DNA of 64,000 bases from a virus, in the IMG/VR virus record IMGVR_UViG_3300017784_007549, positions 45,313-109,312 of that record. The stretch is one strand, 5' to 3'. The translations under genes were made by a program, and so were the position numbers. Positions 19,493-28,693 of the stretch are shown one piece after another. The stretch's first letter is position 1. Every line of letters begins with the position of its first letter. The notes under the pieces were generated by a model, which saw only the letters and a list, made by a program, of their open reading frames with translations, did no database searches and had not been told where the DNA came from.

Positions 19493-21420
19493 ACATCTTC
19501 CTTTATATTAAATTGTATATTAGTTTTACCATTATGTAAATAGTCTAAAAATCTTTGTGTTCCAGCATGAGGCAAGAAGGCTACTTCAAAATAACCATTA
19601 TGGTCTCCTGCTCCCTCAAGCCAAAGTAGTTGATCCATTTGAGGAATATATTCTAGAAGTTTATAAATATGAGGATTTCCTTGTAGCATTTGGAAGTATT
19701 CTGGCTTAACAGCAACATAAAGATTATAGTCTGGATATTGTTTTTTGATATTTTTGAATAAAGAAGTTGAGATATAAATATCTCCAATACTTTCTGGCAT
19801 AACATATAACACCCTTTTGCCTTTGTCATCTTTACCCAGAAAGTCTTCAAATTCAATTTTTTTGTTCTTTTGATTTTCTTGAGAAGCTACTTGCCTAAAA
19901 TAGTTTTCAACATCTTGACGCTTTGCCCCTTTTGAAATTTCTTGCATCCAATATTTATGACCATCATCATTATCATTAACATCTTTCATTTTTAAAATGT
20001 TATGATACATATAAGTCAGCCATTCATTATCTTTTTCAATATTTGGAACTTGATGAAATGCATCTTTTTCTTCTTCTTTAAGAGAAAAATCGTAATCTGT
20101 AAATTCTGAGCTATCAATAAATTCCTCTATTCTTTTTCCTACAGTTTCTACTGAGAAGTTCTCGATAGTCCATCCGCGAGCTTTCCTACCCATTTCTCTT
20201 CTTTTTTGAATGGGCATATTATAGACTTTATTTATTTGTTTAGCTATTGAATTTGGTTTCGTAGAAGCTTTAATAAATTCTGTGCCATGCTCTCTATATT
20301 CAGTCCACTCAAGATCAAATGAACCCGCACCCTCTTGACACATTTCTTCTCCACAAGAATAATTAGTAACAAGAGTAATCAATTCAGTAAGTTTCGCTTC
20401 TTGGATCGGAATCTCTTGCCCACCACTAGTAAATGGATGGCAATAAACATCCATAAGATTATATACTTCATTTAATTGTTGCTCTGTTACTCCAATTCCA
20501 ACATTTGTTGTAACTTGGCTTTTTTCGCTTCCACAAAATTTACAATTCACATCTTGACCATGAAAGGGTTTGATTTCATAATTACCGCAGTTTTTGCAAA
20601 TATATGTTGTAAGAATTTCTCTTGGGTCAATTCCAAATTCTGTTGCGAGCTTGTGAATGTTCCATCCTTCGCCCCAATGAGTATGAAATAACAAGAATGT
20701 ATTTTTAATTTGAGGATTGCTTCGTTTCCATAAAGCATATCCTTCTAATAGGTTAGGAACGCTTTTTCTTAATTGATTTCTGAATACAAAACCAACAATA
20801 AATGCATCTAATGGAATTTCATATTTACTTCTTAAGTCTCGTCTTTGAGATTCTTCTAGTCTATAAAAATTAGCAGTTTCAACTGCTCCATGAACCGTTT
20901 CGACTTGGTTATGCCCAAGATTATGCAAAGCTTTTGTTGCGAAATCACTCCAAATCCAATAATTTTTAATTTTTGGAGCTTTTTCAACTGCACTAGGAAG
21001 AATAGGTAGAGAGTCCAAAGTCGTCCATAAGGCACAAGAAATTTTATTAAACCACTTTTTATCAATAGCAAAATCAATGCCCCAAATATCTTGAACTGCA
21101 ATATAAGAATCTGGCTTTTCTTCTTGAATAACCCTATCAAGATAATGTGCGCCATAACTAGCTAATCTTGCTACATTTGGGTCTTTATTAAGCTGTTCGA
21201 TTTCTTGAGCATTATCTGGAAGCGAACCAACTGATTTCCAAGGAGTTTTTTTTAACTCTGGATTTGAATATTGCATTCCGCAGCAATAATGAACAATATC
21301 ATATTTACCCGTTTTATAAAGATAAGTCAATAAAGCTTTTGCTGCTCTGCCAAACCCAGTTTTGGCTAGAGAGAAATCAGATTGATAAACTATTTTCTTT
21401 TTGCGAGACACAATTACCAA
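19483..21420 (-). CDS. Multidomain glycosyltransferase: GT4 with CxxC...CxxC insert plus GT9 N-terminal domain (likely start GTG 21411)
   Basis: TGFG start, RNQLRK, YNLMDVYCHPFTSGGQEIPIQEA (GT4-like); CKNC/CKFC; C-terminal VMPESIGDIYISTSLFKNIKKQYP. Confidence 0.75.
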   Translation of the reverse strand: MVIVSRKKKIVYQSDFSLAKTGFGRAAKALLTYLYKTGKYDIVHYCCGMQYSNPELKKTPWKSVGSLPDNAQEIEQLNKDPNVARLASYGAHYLDRVIQEEKPDSYIAVQDIWGIDFAIDKKWFNKISCALWTTLDSLPILPSAVEKAPKIKNYWIWSDFATKALHNLGHNQVETVHGAVETANFYRLEESQRRDLRSKYEIPLDAFIVGFVFRNQLRKSVPNLLEGYALWKRSNPQIKNTFLLFHTHWGEGWNIHKLATEFGIDPREILTTYICKNCGNYEIKPFHGQDVNCKFCGSEKSQVTTNVGIGVTEQQLNEVYNLMDVYCHPFTSGGQEIPIQEAKLTELITLVTNYSCGEEMCQEGAGSFDLEWTEYREHGTEFIKASTKPNSIAKQINKVYNMPIQKRREMGRKARGWTIENFSVETVGKRIEEFIDSSEFTDYDFSLKEEEKDAFHQVPNIEKDNEWLTYMYHNILKMKDVNDNDDGHKYWMQEISKGAKRQDVENYFRQVASQENQKNKKIEFEDFLGKDDKGKRVLYVMPESIGDIYISTSLFKNIKKQYPDYNLYVAVKPEYFQMLQGNPHIYKLLEYIPQMDQLLWLEGAGDHNGYFEVAFLPHAGTQRFLDYLHNGKTNIQFNIKEDVCI

Positions 21421-21956
21421 AGTTCGCCATCTTCTTCGGCGCTAGATTTAGTTGGTTCTTCGTTAGATTTTGAATTTTTAAACTTTTTAATAGCTTCGAT
21501 TTCTTGGGTCTTGAATACTGATTGTAGTGCATGAATCAAGAACTCTCTTAAAAGCCTAGCTTCATTAAAATAAAAACCAATTAAATATGATTGTTTATTT
21601 TCAATATTTTGTTTGTCTTCTTTATTAACGCTATATGAATAACCGACTTGTTTTTCGTCTCTAATATAGGGTGAAAATTTAATCTTAGTAATTTGTTTTT
21701 CTGAAGTATGATACGCTGAGAACTCAGCATTTCTTTCAATAGCATCTAGAATACCAGCAGCTTCTGTTAATGAAAATTTTACTTTAACACTTTTATTTGG
21801 ATTATTTTGATTTTCTGAAAATGAACCAATTTTCTTAATTTCATTCCAAGAAGATTGCTTAATTAATGAGCCCCAAATTGAAGCATCTTTTGGATTAACG
21901 GTGAAACTGCAAGCAGTTCCATTATTTTTACTATTAGGTTTGTAGAATGATATCAT
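21414..21956 (-). CDS. Putative ssDNA-binding protein
   Basis: 180 aa, duplicated strand-helix pattern, acidic/aromatic tail AEEDGELW, next to the polymerase. Confidence 0.45.
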   Translation of the reverse strand: MISFYKPNSKNNGTACSFTVNPKDASIWGSLIKQSSWNEIKKIGSFSENQNNPNKSVKVKFSLTEAAGILDAIERNAEFSAYHTSEKQITKIKFSPYIRDEKQVGYSYSVNKEDKQNIENKQSYLIGFYFNEARLLREFLIHALQSVFKTQEIEAIKKFKNSKSNEEPTKSSAEEDGELW

Positions 21957-21962
21957 TTAAAT

Positions 21963-21991
21963 ATATTATCTTGAATATAAAGTAATGTCAA
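21963..21991 (-). promoter_or_regulatory. sigma70-type promoter, leaderless
   Basis: TTGACA-17 nt-TAATAT, then 6 nt to ATG. Confidence 0.65.
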
Positions 21992-24603
21992 TTATTTTTA
22001 TCAATTTTTTTCAAATCATTTAATTTCATATATATCTCATGATCTTGTACGGCTACTAAATCACCAAATATACAATCATCTTTTTTGGAACCTTTAACTA
22101 TCACGATATTTCCTTCTTCGAAATCCCTATTGTTTAGTAATTTGTTTGTCTCAATATTATCATTGAATATTAATACGCTAATTCCGCTTGTTTCATCTGA
22201 TATCTTTAATCGAAGATATCTTGTCTTTTTTGCATTTTTAGATACACCAGAGAACACTTCTTCTATTTGGCCGACTAAAGCTATTTTAGCATTTACTGGT
22301 TCATCTAATACATCAGATATATGCTTAAGATTTTCTCTTTTTTCAGCAAAGATATCTTTTAGGTTTTTGTTATAAGTATATCCTAAAAGTTTCTTTTCGT
22401 AATACCAATTCGCAAAGCTTTCGCTTTTGTTGTTTTGTTCATATATGCTTAAGTATGGTGCATATTTTTGTTTGATAGTATCTAATCTATTATCTTTTAT
22501 GACTACTTTGTTTTTCTCATCAGTAAATTTATTAAGGTGTTTAATGATTTTAATTAGGTCATAATCAAATTTATTTGCAAATGATATAGCATATTTTTTT
22601 TCCTTAGAGGTTAGCATATTCCATAACTGAACCTCTAATACTATTTTACTTCTTGATTGATTGAATCCACTTAGTGCACCAGCTTGAATTAAGGCAGATA
22701 ATGCTCCAATATTTAATCCAGCTTCTTCTGCGGCTTCAAATATTTCAAATTTATTAGAGTATTTATTTCTAAAGCTATTTAATTTTTCTATCGACTTATC
22801 GCTAATACCTTTGATTGATAATAAACCGAATCTAATATCCTTATCCTCAATTGAGAAATCCATTTCTGATTTAATAATATGAGGAGGAAGGAGTTTGATC
22901 CCGAAGTTATGCATTTCTTTTTGAATCTTAGATATTTCCCCAATTGGATCTGGTTCATTCCTACTCATTTTTAATAATGATAAAAAGAATTGTTGAGGAT
23001 AATTAAACTTAAGATAAATTGTAATTGCTGCTAATCCAGCATAAGCTATCGAATGTGACTTATTGAAACTATAATTTGCAGAATCTTCTAGAATCTTCCA
23101 AAGAATTTCGCTAACTTCTTTTGGAATTTTATTTTGTTTACATTTTTGCTCAATCTTTTGTTTCCAAGCCTTGATCTCTTCAGTTTTCTTTTTACCTACA
23201 ATTCTTCTTAAAATTTCTGCCTCATCTAAAGTAAAGCCAATCTTATTAGCCATTTTCATTAATTGTTCTTGGTATAAAGCTACTCCCCCAGTTTCTTTTA
23301 AAATTTCATCAAAAAATGGATGAATACTTTCTGATTGTTGATAATTTGTATGAGCTGCATATTTATCTACGAATTGAAGTGCTCCGGGTCTAGCTAAAGC
23401 AAGAACTCCACTGAGTTCTTCTAGATTTTTTGGTTTAACTTTTTGACACACTCTAAAATTAGTTTCTGCTTCGATTTGGAATAAGCCATGTGGTGATTTT
23501 AAGTCTTGTAAATTTCTATAAATAGATTCATGGTTTAAGTCTATATCTTCTATTTTTATATTAATACTCTTGCATACGTTATCTACTACTGAAACACTTC
23601 TTAAACCAAGAATATCTAATTTGATGTTGAAAACGCTTGCCCAGTTCATATCGAAACTAGAAACTACTTCTTTGTCTGAAGAAAATTCTGTTGGGCATAT
23701 AGTTTCTAGATCGTAATAAGAAAGCAATACGCCAGAAGGATGAACTCCTTTATTCTTAATCAAATCTCTTAATTTAAGGGCTATTTTATATGCTTCTTTA
23801 TTTTTGTCACACCACTCTTTAAATTGCTCGACTTCTTGATAAGCTTCTGAAATGTCCTTAACTTGACCATAAGTTTTAGGAATTAACGAAGATATCATGG
23901 TCATTTCTTGCTCTGGTTTTTCAGCTACGATTTTACCGCACTCTTTGATAAGCAGTTTTCCACTTAAGCTATTAAAGGTTAATATCTTACTAGTTTTGCC
24001 TTTGAATTTATTTTCTAAATATTGAAGCACTTTTTGACGATTATAATAACAAATATCTAAATCTACGTCACACATCAAACTACCATCTAGATACGTTACC
24101 CCATCAATAACCTGCTTTTTAGCGCGAATCTTAGATATAAATCTTTCGAAATAGAGGTCATATTTAACTGGATCAATTCTGGTAACACCCACCAAGTATA
24201 ATATTAAAGACCCAGCCGCTGAACCTCTACCTAGACCTATTGGAATATCGCTAGTTTTGCAAAAATGAATAACGTCCCATACCAATAATATATAATCAAT
24301 AAAGCCTAATTCTTTTAAGGTATCTAACTCATGCTTTGCTCTATCAATATATTTCTTATAGTTTTTATCGGTTTTATTGATATTTAAAGTTTTAAATCCG
24401 TTTAAAGCTAAACCTCTTAAGAAGTCATAATTTGATGAATCTTCACTAATGCCTAAGCGTCTTTTAGAAGCTAAATCAATTTCAAATTCAGGCAATCTAA
24501 CTCCGTGAATATCTAGTTCTGTATTTTCGAATTGATCAGAAAAATCTTTAATATCACAGTAATTATCAGTCTTCATTTTCATCTTCCTCTTGCTCTTTTT
24601 CAA
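21988..24603 (-). CDS. dnaE: DNA polymerase III alpha (DnaE-type), catalytic part lacking the PHP domain; likely start ATG 24576 or 24582
   Basis: GRGSAAGSL, FERF, DVDLD, KLDILGL, YQEQLM, YSFNKSH motifs; C-terminal OB fold. Confidence 0.93.
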   Translation of the reverse strand: MKKSKRKMKMKTDNYCDIKDFSDQFENTELDIHGVRLPEFEIDLASKRRLGISEDSSNYDFLRGLALNGFKTLNINKTDKNYKKYIDRAKHELDTLKELGFIDYILLVWDVIHFCKTSDIPIGLGRGSAAGSLILYLVGVTRIDPVKYDLYFERFISKIRAKKQVIDGVTYLDGSLMCDVDLDICYYNRQKVLQYLENKFKGKTSKILTFNSLSGKLLIKECGKIVAEKPEQEMTMISSLIPKTYGQVKDISEAYQEVEQFKEWCDKNKEAYKIALKLRDLIKNKGVHPSGVLLSYYDLETICPTEFSSDKEVVSSFDMNWASVFNIKLDILGLRSVSVVDNVCKSINIKIEDIDLNHESIYRNLQDLKSPHGLFQIEAETNFRVCQKVKPKNLEELSGVLALARPGALQFVDKYAAHTNYQQSESIHPFFDEILKETGGVALYQEQLMKMANKIGFTLDEAEILRRIVGKKKTEEIKAWKQKIEQKCKQNKIPKEVSEILWKILEDSANYSFNKSHSIAYAGLAAITIYLKFNYPQQFFLSLLKMSRNEPDPIGEISKIQKEMHNFGIKLLPPHIIKSEMDFSIEDKDIRFGLLSIKGISDKSIEKLNSFRNKYSNKFEIFEAAEEAGLNIGALSALIQAGALSGFNQSRSKIVLEVQLWNMLTSKEKKYAISFANKFDYDLIKIIKHLNKFTDEKNKVVIKDNRLDTIKQKYAPYLSIYEQNNKSESFANWYYEKKLLGYTYNKNLKDIFAEKRENLKHISDVLDEPVNAKIALVGQIEEVFSGVSKNAKKTRYLRLKISDETSGISVLIFNDNIETNKLLNNRDFEEGNIVIVKGSKKDDCIFGDLVAVQDHEIYMKLNDLKKIDKNN

Positions 24604-24793
24604 TTTTATCTATTTCTTGATTAAAAATCTCTAGTCCTCTTGATAAGATTTTCATAGAAACTCTATCTTTCAAGCTATAAAATACATCGGCTTTACCTTG
24701 CTTCTTCCCTTTGTCTATAGTTATAAGAAGATACTCTATACCATAATCTTCTAACTTCTGTATAGTATCATAAACGTTATCTAATGAGCCCAT
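24566..24793 (-). CDS. Hypothetical protein within the split polymerase cluster
   Basis: 75 aa with acidic C-terminus; fills the operon gap. Confidence 0.65.
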   Translation of the reverse strand: MGSLDNVYDTIQKLEDYGIEYLLITIDKGKKQGKADVFYSLKDRVSMKILSRGLEIFNQEIDKIEKEQEEDENED

Positions 24794-24794
24794 T

Positions 24795-25433
24795 TTATAC
24801 CTCTATCTGCCATTTTAATTTATTCCATACTTTCAAATTTAAATCAAGATCATTTATTGCATCGTGAAGACTTTCGTAATCATGCTCTATGCCGTTCTCT
24901 TTACCTAGAAAAGCTAAAGAACTTTTTATGTTTTTCTTTCTTGTGTTAAGAATTTTATATTGATATTCAAGTAAATCATCTTTAGGAGTATAAATAGAAT
25001 TATACTTAATGCCTCTTGCTACGGCATTAGTATCTATGATTTTATTCATTAATCTTTTCCAATTTGATCCCATAGTTTTATAATATTCTTTTATAAGATA
25101 AATGTCAAATCCTAAAATATTATGTCCAATTATATAATCTGCATTATCGAGCCAATCTTTTATAGTAGGAAATACTTCTTTTGGATCAAAGCCTTCTTTC
25201 TGAACTTTTCTATGATCGTATCTTGTAATCCTCGCAGCATCTTCACTTATCTTCAAATCTGTATCCCATTTTAAATAGAAATTTTTCTGATCTATTTTCT
25301 TGTCTCCTTTAACTTTTATCATTGCTATCTGCCAAGGAATATTGTGGCAAAAATTAAGACAAAGATTAAAAGTCTCGCAATCTATAAAGACTATAGTCTT
25401 ATCTTTATCGTATCTTAAAAGATGTTCGTCCAT
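24795..25433 (-). CDS. DEDDh 3'-5' exonuclease (DnaQ-like)
   Basis: ExoI IDCET, ExoII GHNILGFD, ExoIII LHDAIND. Confidence 0.88.
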   Translation of the reverse strand: MDEHLLRYDKDKTIVFIDCETFNLCLNFCHNIPWQIAMIKVKGDKKIDQKNFYLKWDTDLKISEDAARITRYDHRKVQKEGFDPKEVFPTIKDWLDNADYIIGHNILGFDIYLIKEYYKTMGSNWKRLMNKIIDTNAVARGIKYNSIYTPKDDLLEYQYKILNTRKKNIKSSLAFLGKENGIEHDYESLHDAINDLDLNLKVWNKLKWQIEV

Positions 25434-26179
25434 TAGTTCCTTTTATTAATGCTTTCAAAACAAAATTCATTACTTGACATATGATCTAAATTAGGTTTAT
25501 TCAAAACGCTTCTATTATTAATGCATCTAAAAGTTAGGTAAGCTTTAAAATCTTCTGCTAAATTATAAAAAATACTTTGTGCTTTATATATTTTAAGACC
25601 ATTCTTTTCTGCAAAAGATAAAGCTTTTTGTTTTACTAGTGAATCAAATGGTAGACCATTATCTTCTATGAAGAATATTGGTTTTGTGAAATCAAACTGA
25701 GGAATACAAAGGCTATTTTTGAGGGTATTATTAAATATAAAAGAATCATAAAAGGGTATACATAGAATTAAATCATCAATCCAATTTTTAGAAATTGTTT
25801 CGTAATCTAATCTTGGTTCATAATAAAAGCCTTCTTTTGCTGCAATACTATAAAGCTTTGTTAATAGCTGGTATCCTTCTTTATTTTTAAAGAATAAAAT
25901 AATCTTTGAAGATTTGGTCTTTGACTCTTCAGATTTATCGCTCATTGATTCGGTGACAGATATTCTTAATCCATAATTTAATTTGATATTATTTTTACGA
26001 CAATTAGAATAAGCTTCAAGAAATGAAGACATATTATCTTCTACTAGATAAAGTTCTTTCATTTTGTTTTCTTTGCAAATTTGGATAATAGAGTCTGGAT
26101 AGTCGTCTTTTTTATCTTTGTCTTCAAGGGTCAAAATAGATCTGCCCAAAGAATAATGAGATTTAAATAGCGGTATCAT
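25433..26179 (-). CDS. Stand-alone PHP domain of DNA polymerase III alpha (degenerate metal site)
   Basis: SHYSL, NKEGYQLLTKLYS, FYYEPRLD match the DnaE N-terminus; the HxH and TDH ligands are absent. Confidence 0.82.
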   Translation of the reverse strand: MIPLFKSHYSLGRSILTLEDKDKKDDYPDSIIQICKENKMKELYLVEDNMSSFLEAYSNCRKNNIKLNYGLRISVTESMSDKSEESKTKSSKIILFFKNKEGYQLLTKLYSIAAKEGFYYEPRLDYETISKNWIDDLILCIPFYDSFIFNNTLKNSLCIPQFDFTKPIFFIEDNGLPFDSLVKQKALSFAEKNGLKIYKAQSIFYNLAEDFKAYLTFRCINNRSVLNKPNLDHMSSNEFCFESINKRN

Positions 26180-26186
26180 TTATACT

Positions 26187-26215
26187 AAGTTAGCAGTAAT
26201 TTTATAAAAAATCAA
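26187..26215 (-). promoter_or_regulatory. sigma70-type promoter, leaderless
   Basis: TTGATT-17 nt-TAACTT with TGn extension, then 7 nt to ATG. Confidence 0.55.
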
Positions 26216-27162
26216 TCTAAAAAGCTATCTTTCTTTGAGTTCTCTTGTTTATTATTGAATTTTGGGCATCCTTCATATTTTCTTGTTTCTATTTTAAATC
26301 CATCAATATTTTTGAAATCATTGTTTAGACTGGTTTCTATTACTTCTCCGCTTTGATTTATTTTAACATAATAATCATAAGGAGCTTTATACGGGCAAAC
26401 CCAAGATCCTATACCGCACATCCATTTATTCTTTTGACTATCTACTGCGAAATTTGCTTTCGCGCTATTTTCATCAAAATTATTTATATATTCATTAATA
26501 TGCTCTAGATAATATTCAAAACCTTTTATCTGTTCGTCATTAAATGAAAGTTCTTGAGTGGGCTTTTTAGGAAATCTAAGAAAAAGAAATTTAATTATAG
26601 GCTTTAATTTGGGCCAAAGTTTTTTACTAGCTAGACTATACATCATCGCTTGGATATTAGCTTCTAGCTCATCTCCTCTGAATTTATATTTAGAGCTCTT
26701 GTAGTCGATTATATGCATTTCTTTTTTGATTTTAATGGGTTTATCCATGAACCCACGAATATGATATTTAGGATCATCATTTTGAATATTAAAGGCATAT
26801 TCTGGTTTTACTATCTTCCCATTTCCTCCAAAAAAGTCTTCTTTAAGGCCGACTAGTATCATTTGATCTAATAATTCGTAATGAGATTCAGCAAGACCGA
26901 CTTTTGATGATAATTTTTTAACTAATTTAGATATACCTTTACTACTATTGATTGAGCTATTTTTAATGATAATATCATAATGTCTTTTATGTCTTTCTTT
27001 TAATAGTAATTCAAAAACTGTATGACAAATCGTTCCTCTCAAAGCTCCTTCATTCTGAGTTTGAGGAATTTTATCATGATAATTATTCCAATAAACCCAA
27101 GAGCAGGTTTCAAGAGTCTTAATCCTAGAGGCTGATAGAACTTTTAAAGAGCTTTTTTCCAT
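26212..27162 (-). CDS. PD-(D/E)xK exonuclease, RecB/Cas4-like
   Basis: LSASRI..C, GTICH, RGFMD, IIDYKS, QAMMY and a C-terminal Cys cluster. Confidence 0.85.
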   Translation of the reverse strand: MEKSSLKVLSASRIKTLETCSWVYWNNYHDKIPQTQNEGALRGTICHTVFELLLKERHKRHYDIIIKNSSINSSKGISKLVKKLSSKVGLAESHYELLDQMILVGLKEDFFGGNGKIVKPEYAFNIQNDDPKYHIRGFMDKPIKIKKEMHIIDYKSSKYKFRGDELEANIQAMMYSLASKKLWPKLKPIIKFLFLRFPKKPTQELSFNDEQIKGFEYYLEHINEYINNFDENSAKANFAVDSQKNKWMCGIGSWVCPYKAPYDYYVKINQSGEVIETSLNNDFKNIDGFKIETRKYEGCPKFNNKQENSKKDSFLD

Positions 27163-28049
27163 TGAAGTATTTCCTCGTTTGTCATCTCTCCGAAATCTTT
27201 TTTGATAGGTAAGGCAATTTTAAGTTGTCGTTGATCAAAATATCTTTTAAGTCTAGAATGGATTTTATCTGCGCCAATGTTTCCTGCCATATTTTTATTT
27301 GAATCATTATTTAAGCTGATGTATATTTTTTTAATATCTAACTTGAGCATTTGATTTAATATGGGTAGACTAAGACTAGTACCAAAAGTAACTAAAACAT
27401 TTTTAATACCACTTTGCCATAAATTCAACATATCTCCTACGCTCTCTACCAGAATAATTTCTCTTTGTTCTTGCAGTATAGAATGATTTAAAAATAATGG
27501 ATATAAAAAGTCACTCTTTTCTCCAAGGTGTTTCCATTTTATCTTAGATATATTTGTAACATCTCTACCAGAGAATCCTATGATATTATTTTTTAAATTG
27601 AAAATAGGAAAAACATATCTATTCTTCATTTTACCAGCGTGGGCTACACCACCTTTAAATTGAGATATAGTCTCTTGGGTTATATTTCTATTGATCCAGT
27701 AATCGTGCCGATTCTCTAACCTATCTAAAATGTTTATATCAAAACTTTTTGCAGATTTAATTAAAGGTTTTTCTACATCTGAAGCAATTTGAGATATGAA
27801 ATTTTTATTTTTAAGCCATTGTTTGGCTTCATCAACGTCATCTAATTTTAAAGTTAATTTAACTAATGAATTTAAATCGCCACTTATGTTTTGTTTAAAG
27901 TCAAACCAGTTACCACTATTTTTTTCTATTTTTAATACTGTATCGTTATCACTATCTCTATATAAAGGTCTTGCACGATATTCTTTACCATGGTCTTTCA
28001 ATTTATATCCTAAATCCGTAAGGACTTGAAAGACGTTTAATTCTTCCAT
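27144..28049 (-). CDS. dnaG: DNA primase (DnaG-like, Toprim)
   Basis: RYVFPI...IIGFSGR, ILVESVGD, LNND, KDFGE; N-terminal Zn-binding domain lacks Cys. Confidence 0.85.
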   Translation of the reverse strand: MEELNVFQVLTDLGYKLKDHGKEYRARPLYRDSDNDTVLKIEKNSGNWFDFKQNISGDLNSLVKLTLKLDDVDEAKQWLKNKNFISQIASDVEKPLIKSAKSFDINILDRLENRHDYWINRNITQETISQFKGGVAHAGKMKNRYVFPIFNLKNNIIGFSGRDVTNISKIKWKHLGEKSDFLYPLFLNHSILQEQREIILVESVGDMLNLWQSGIKNVLVTFGTSLSLPILNQMLKLDIKKIYISLNNDSNKNMAGNIGADKIHSRLKRYFDQRQLKIALPIKKDFGEMTNEEILQWKKAL

Positions 28050-28693
28050 TCTAATGCCTCTGCGATTACTGGAAAGTTATTTATGAATGTTTTTTTACAT
28101 TCATCAGCAATCAATCTGTGTTCTTTTTGAGTATTTTCTTGAGTTCTTAACTCAATGTAGTGAATCCAACTTCTTAAAGACCCTTTCATATACATTGTAG
28201 TTTGCGTTGTCAAAGGCAAAACCATTCTCGCAACTTCTTTAGCTATGCCATTATCAACCATTGTTCGATAACAATAGTCGGATAAAGAAAGAGTTTCTGC
28301 CAATAGTCTATTTAAATTATTAAGCTCTGGATGATTTTTAGGCAAAAGATCTTCTCCAACTTGCCGATTCTTACTACCTTGAAGTCTTAATTCTACGTCT
28401 TCGTAATCGGTGGCTTCGCTATATCTTTGTGAAAATTCTTGGAAACTAAATGATCTATGTCTTAAAATTTGAGCAGCAATTCCACGGCTAGTTTTAATTT
28501 CAACGCACATATCAACAAGCTCGAATGGACTCCAATGCTTATGTTTAATTAAAAATTTTAATAGTTTTGGAGCGCTTTCAAGATTCATTTGATTAGACGG
28601 ATTGCTAACTCTAGCACAAAATGCAACTAGATCTTCTGCATTTTTAATTCCTTTAATTTCTGGTTTTGTTACTGATACTAAACTCACGTTCAT
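28037..28693 (-). CDS. thyX: FAD-dependent thymidylate synthase
   Basis: HWSPFE and RHRSFSFQEFSQRY signature. Confidence 0.96.
   Translation of the reverse strand: MNVSLVSVTKPEIKGIKNAEDLVAFCARVSNPSNQMNLESAPKLLKFLIKHKHWSPFELVDMCVEIKTSRGIAAQILRHRSFSFQEFSQRYSEATDYEDVELRLQGSKNRQVGEDLLPKNHPELNNLNRLLAETLSLSDYCYRTMVDNGIAKEVARMVLPLTTQTTMYMKGSLRSWIHYIELRTQENTQKEHRLIADECKKTFINNFPVIAEALEWKN

Noticed and set aside
26212-27162. Cas4-like nuclease as part of a CRISPR system
   Set aside because: No repeat-spacer array or other cas genes seen; stand-alone copies are common in phage replication modules
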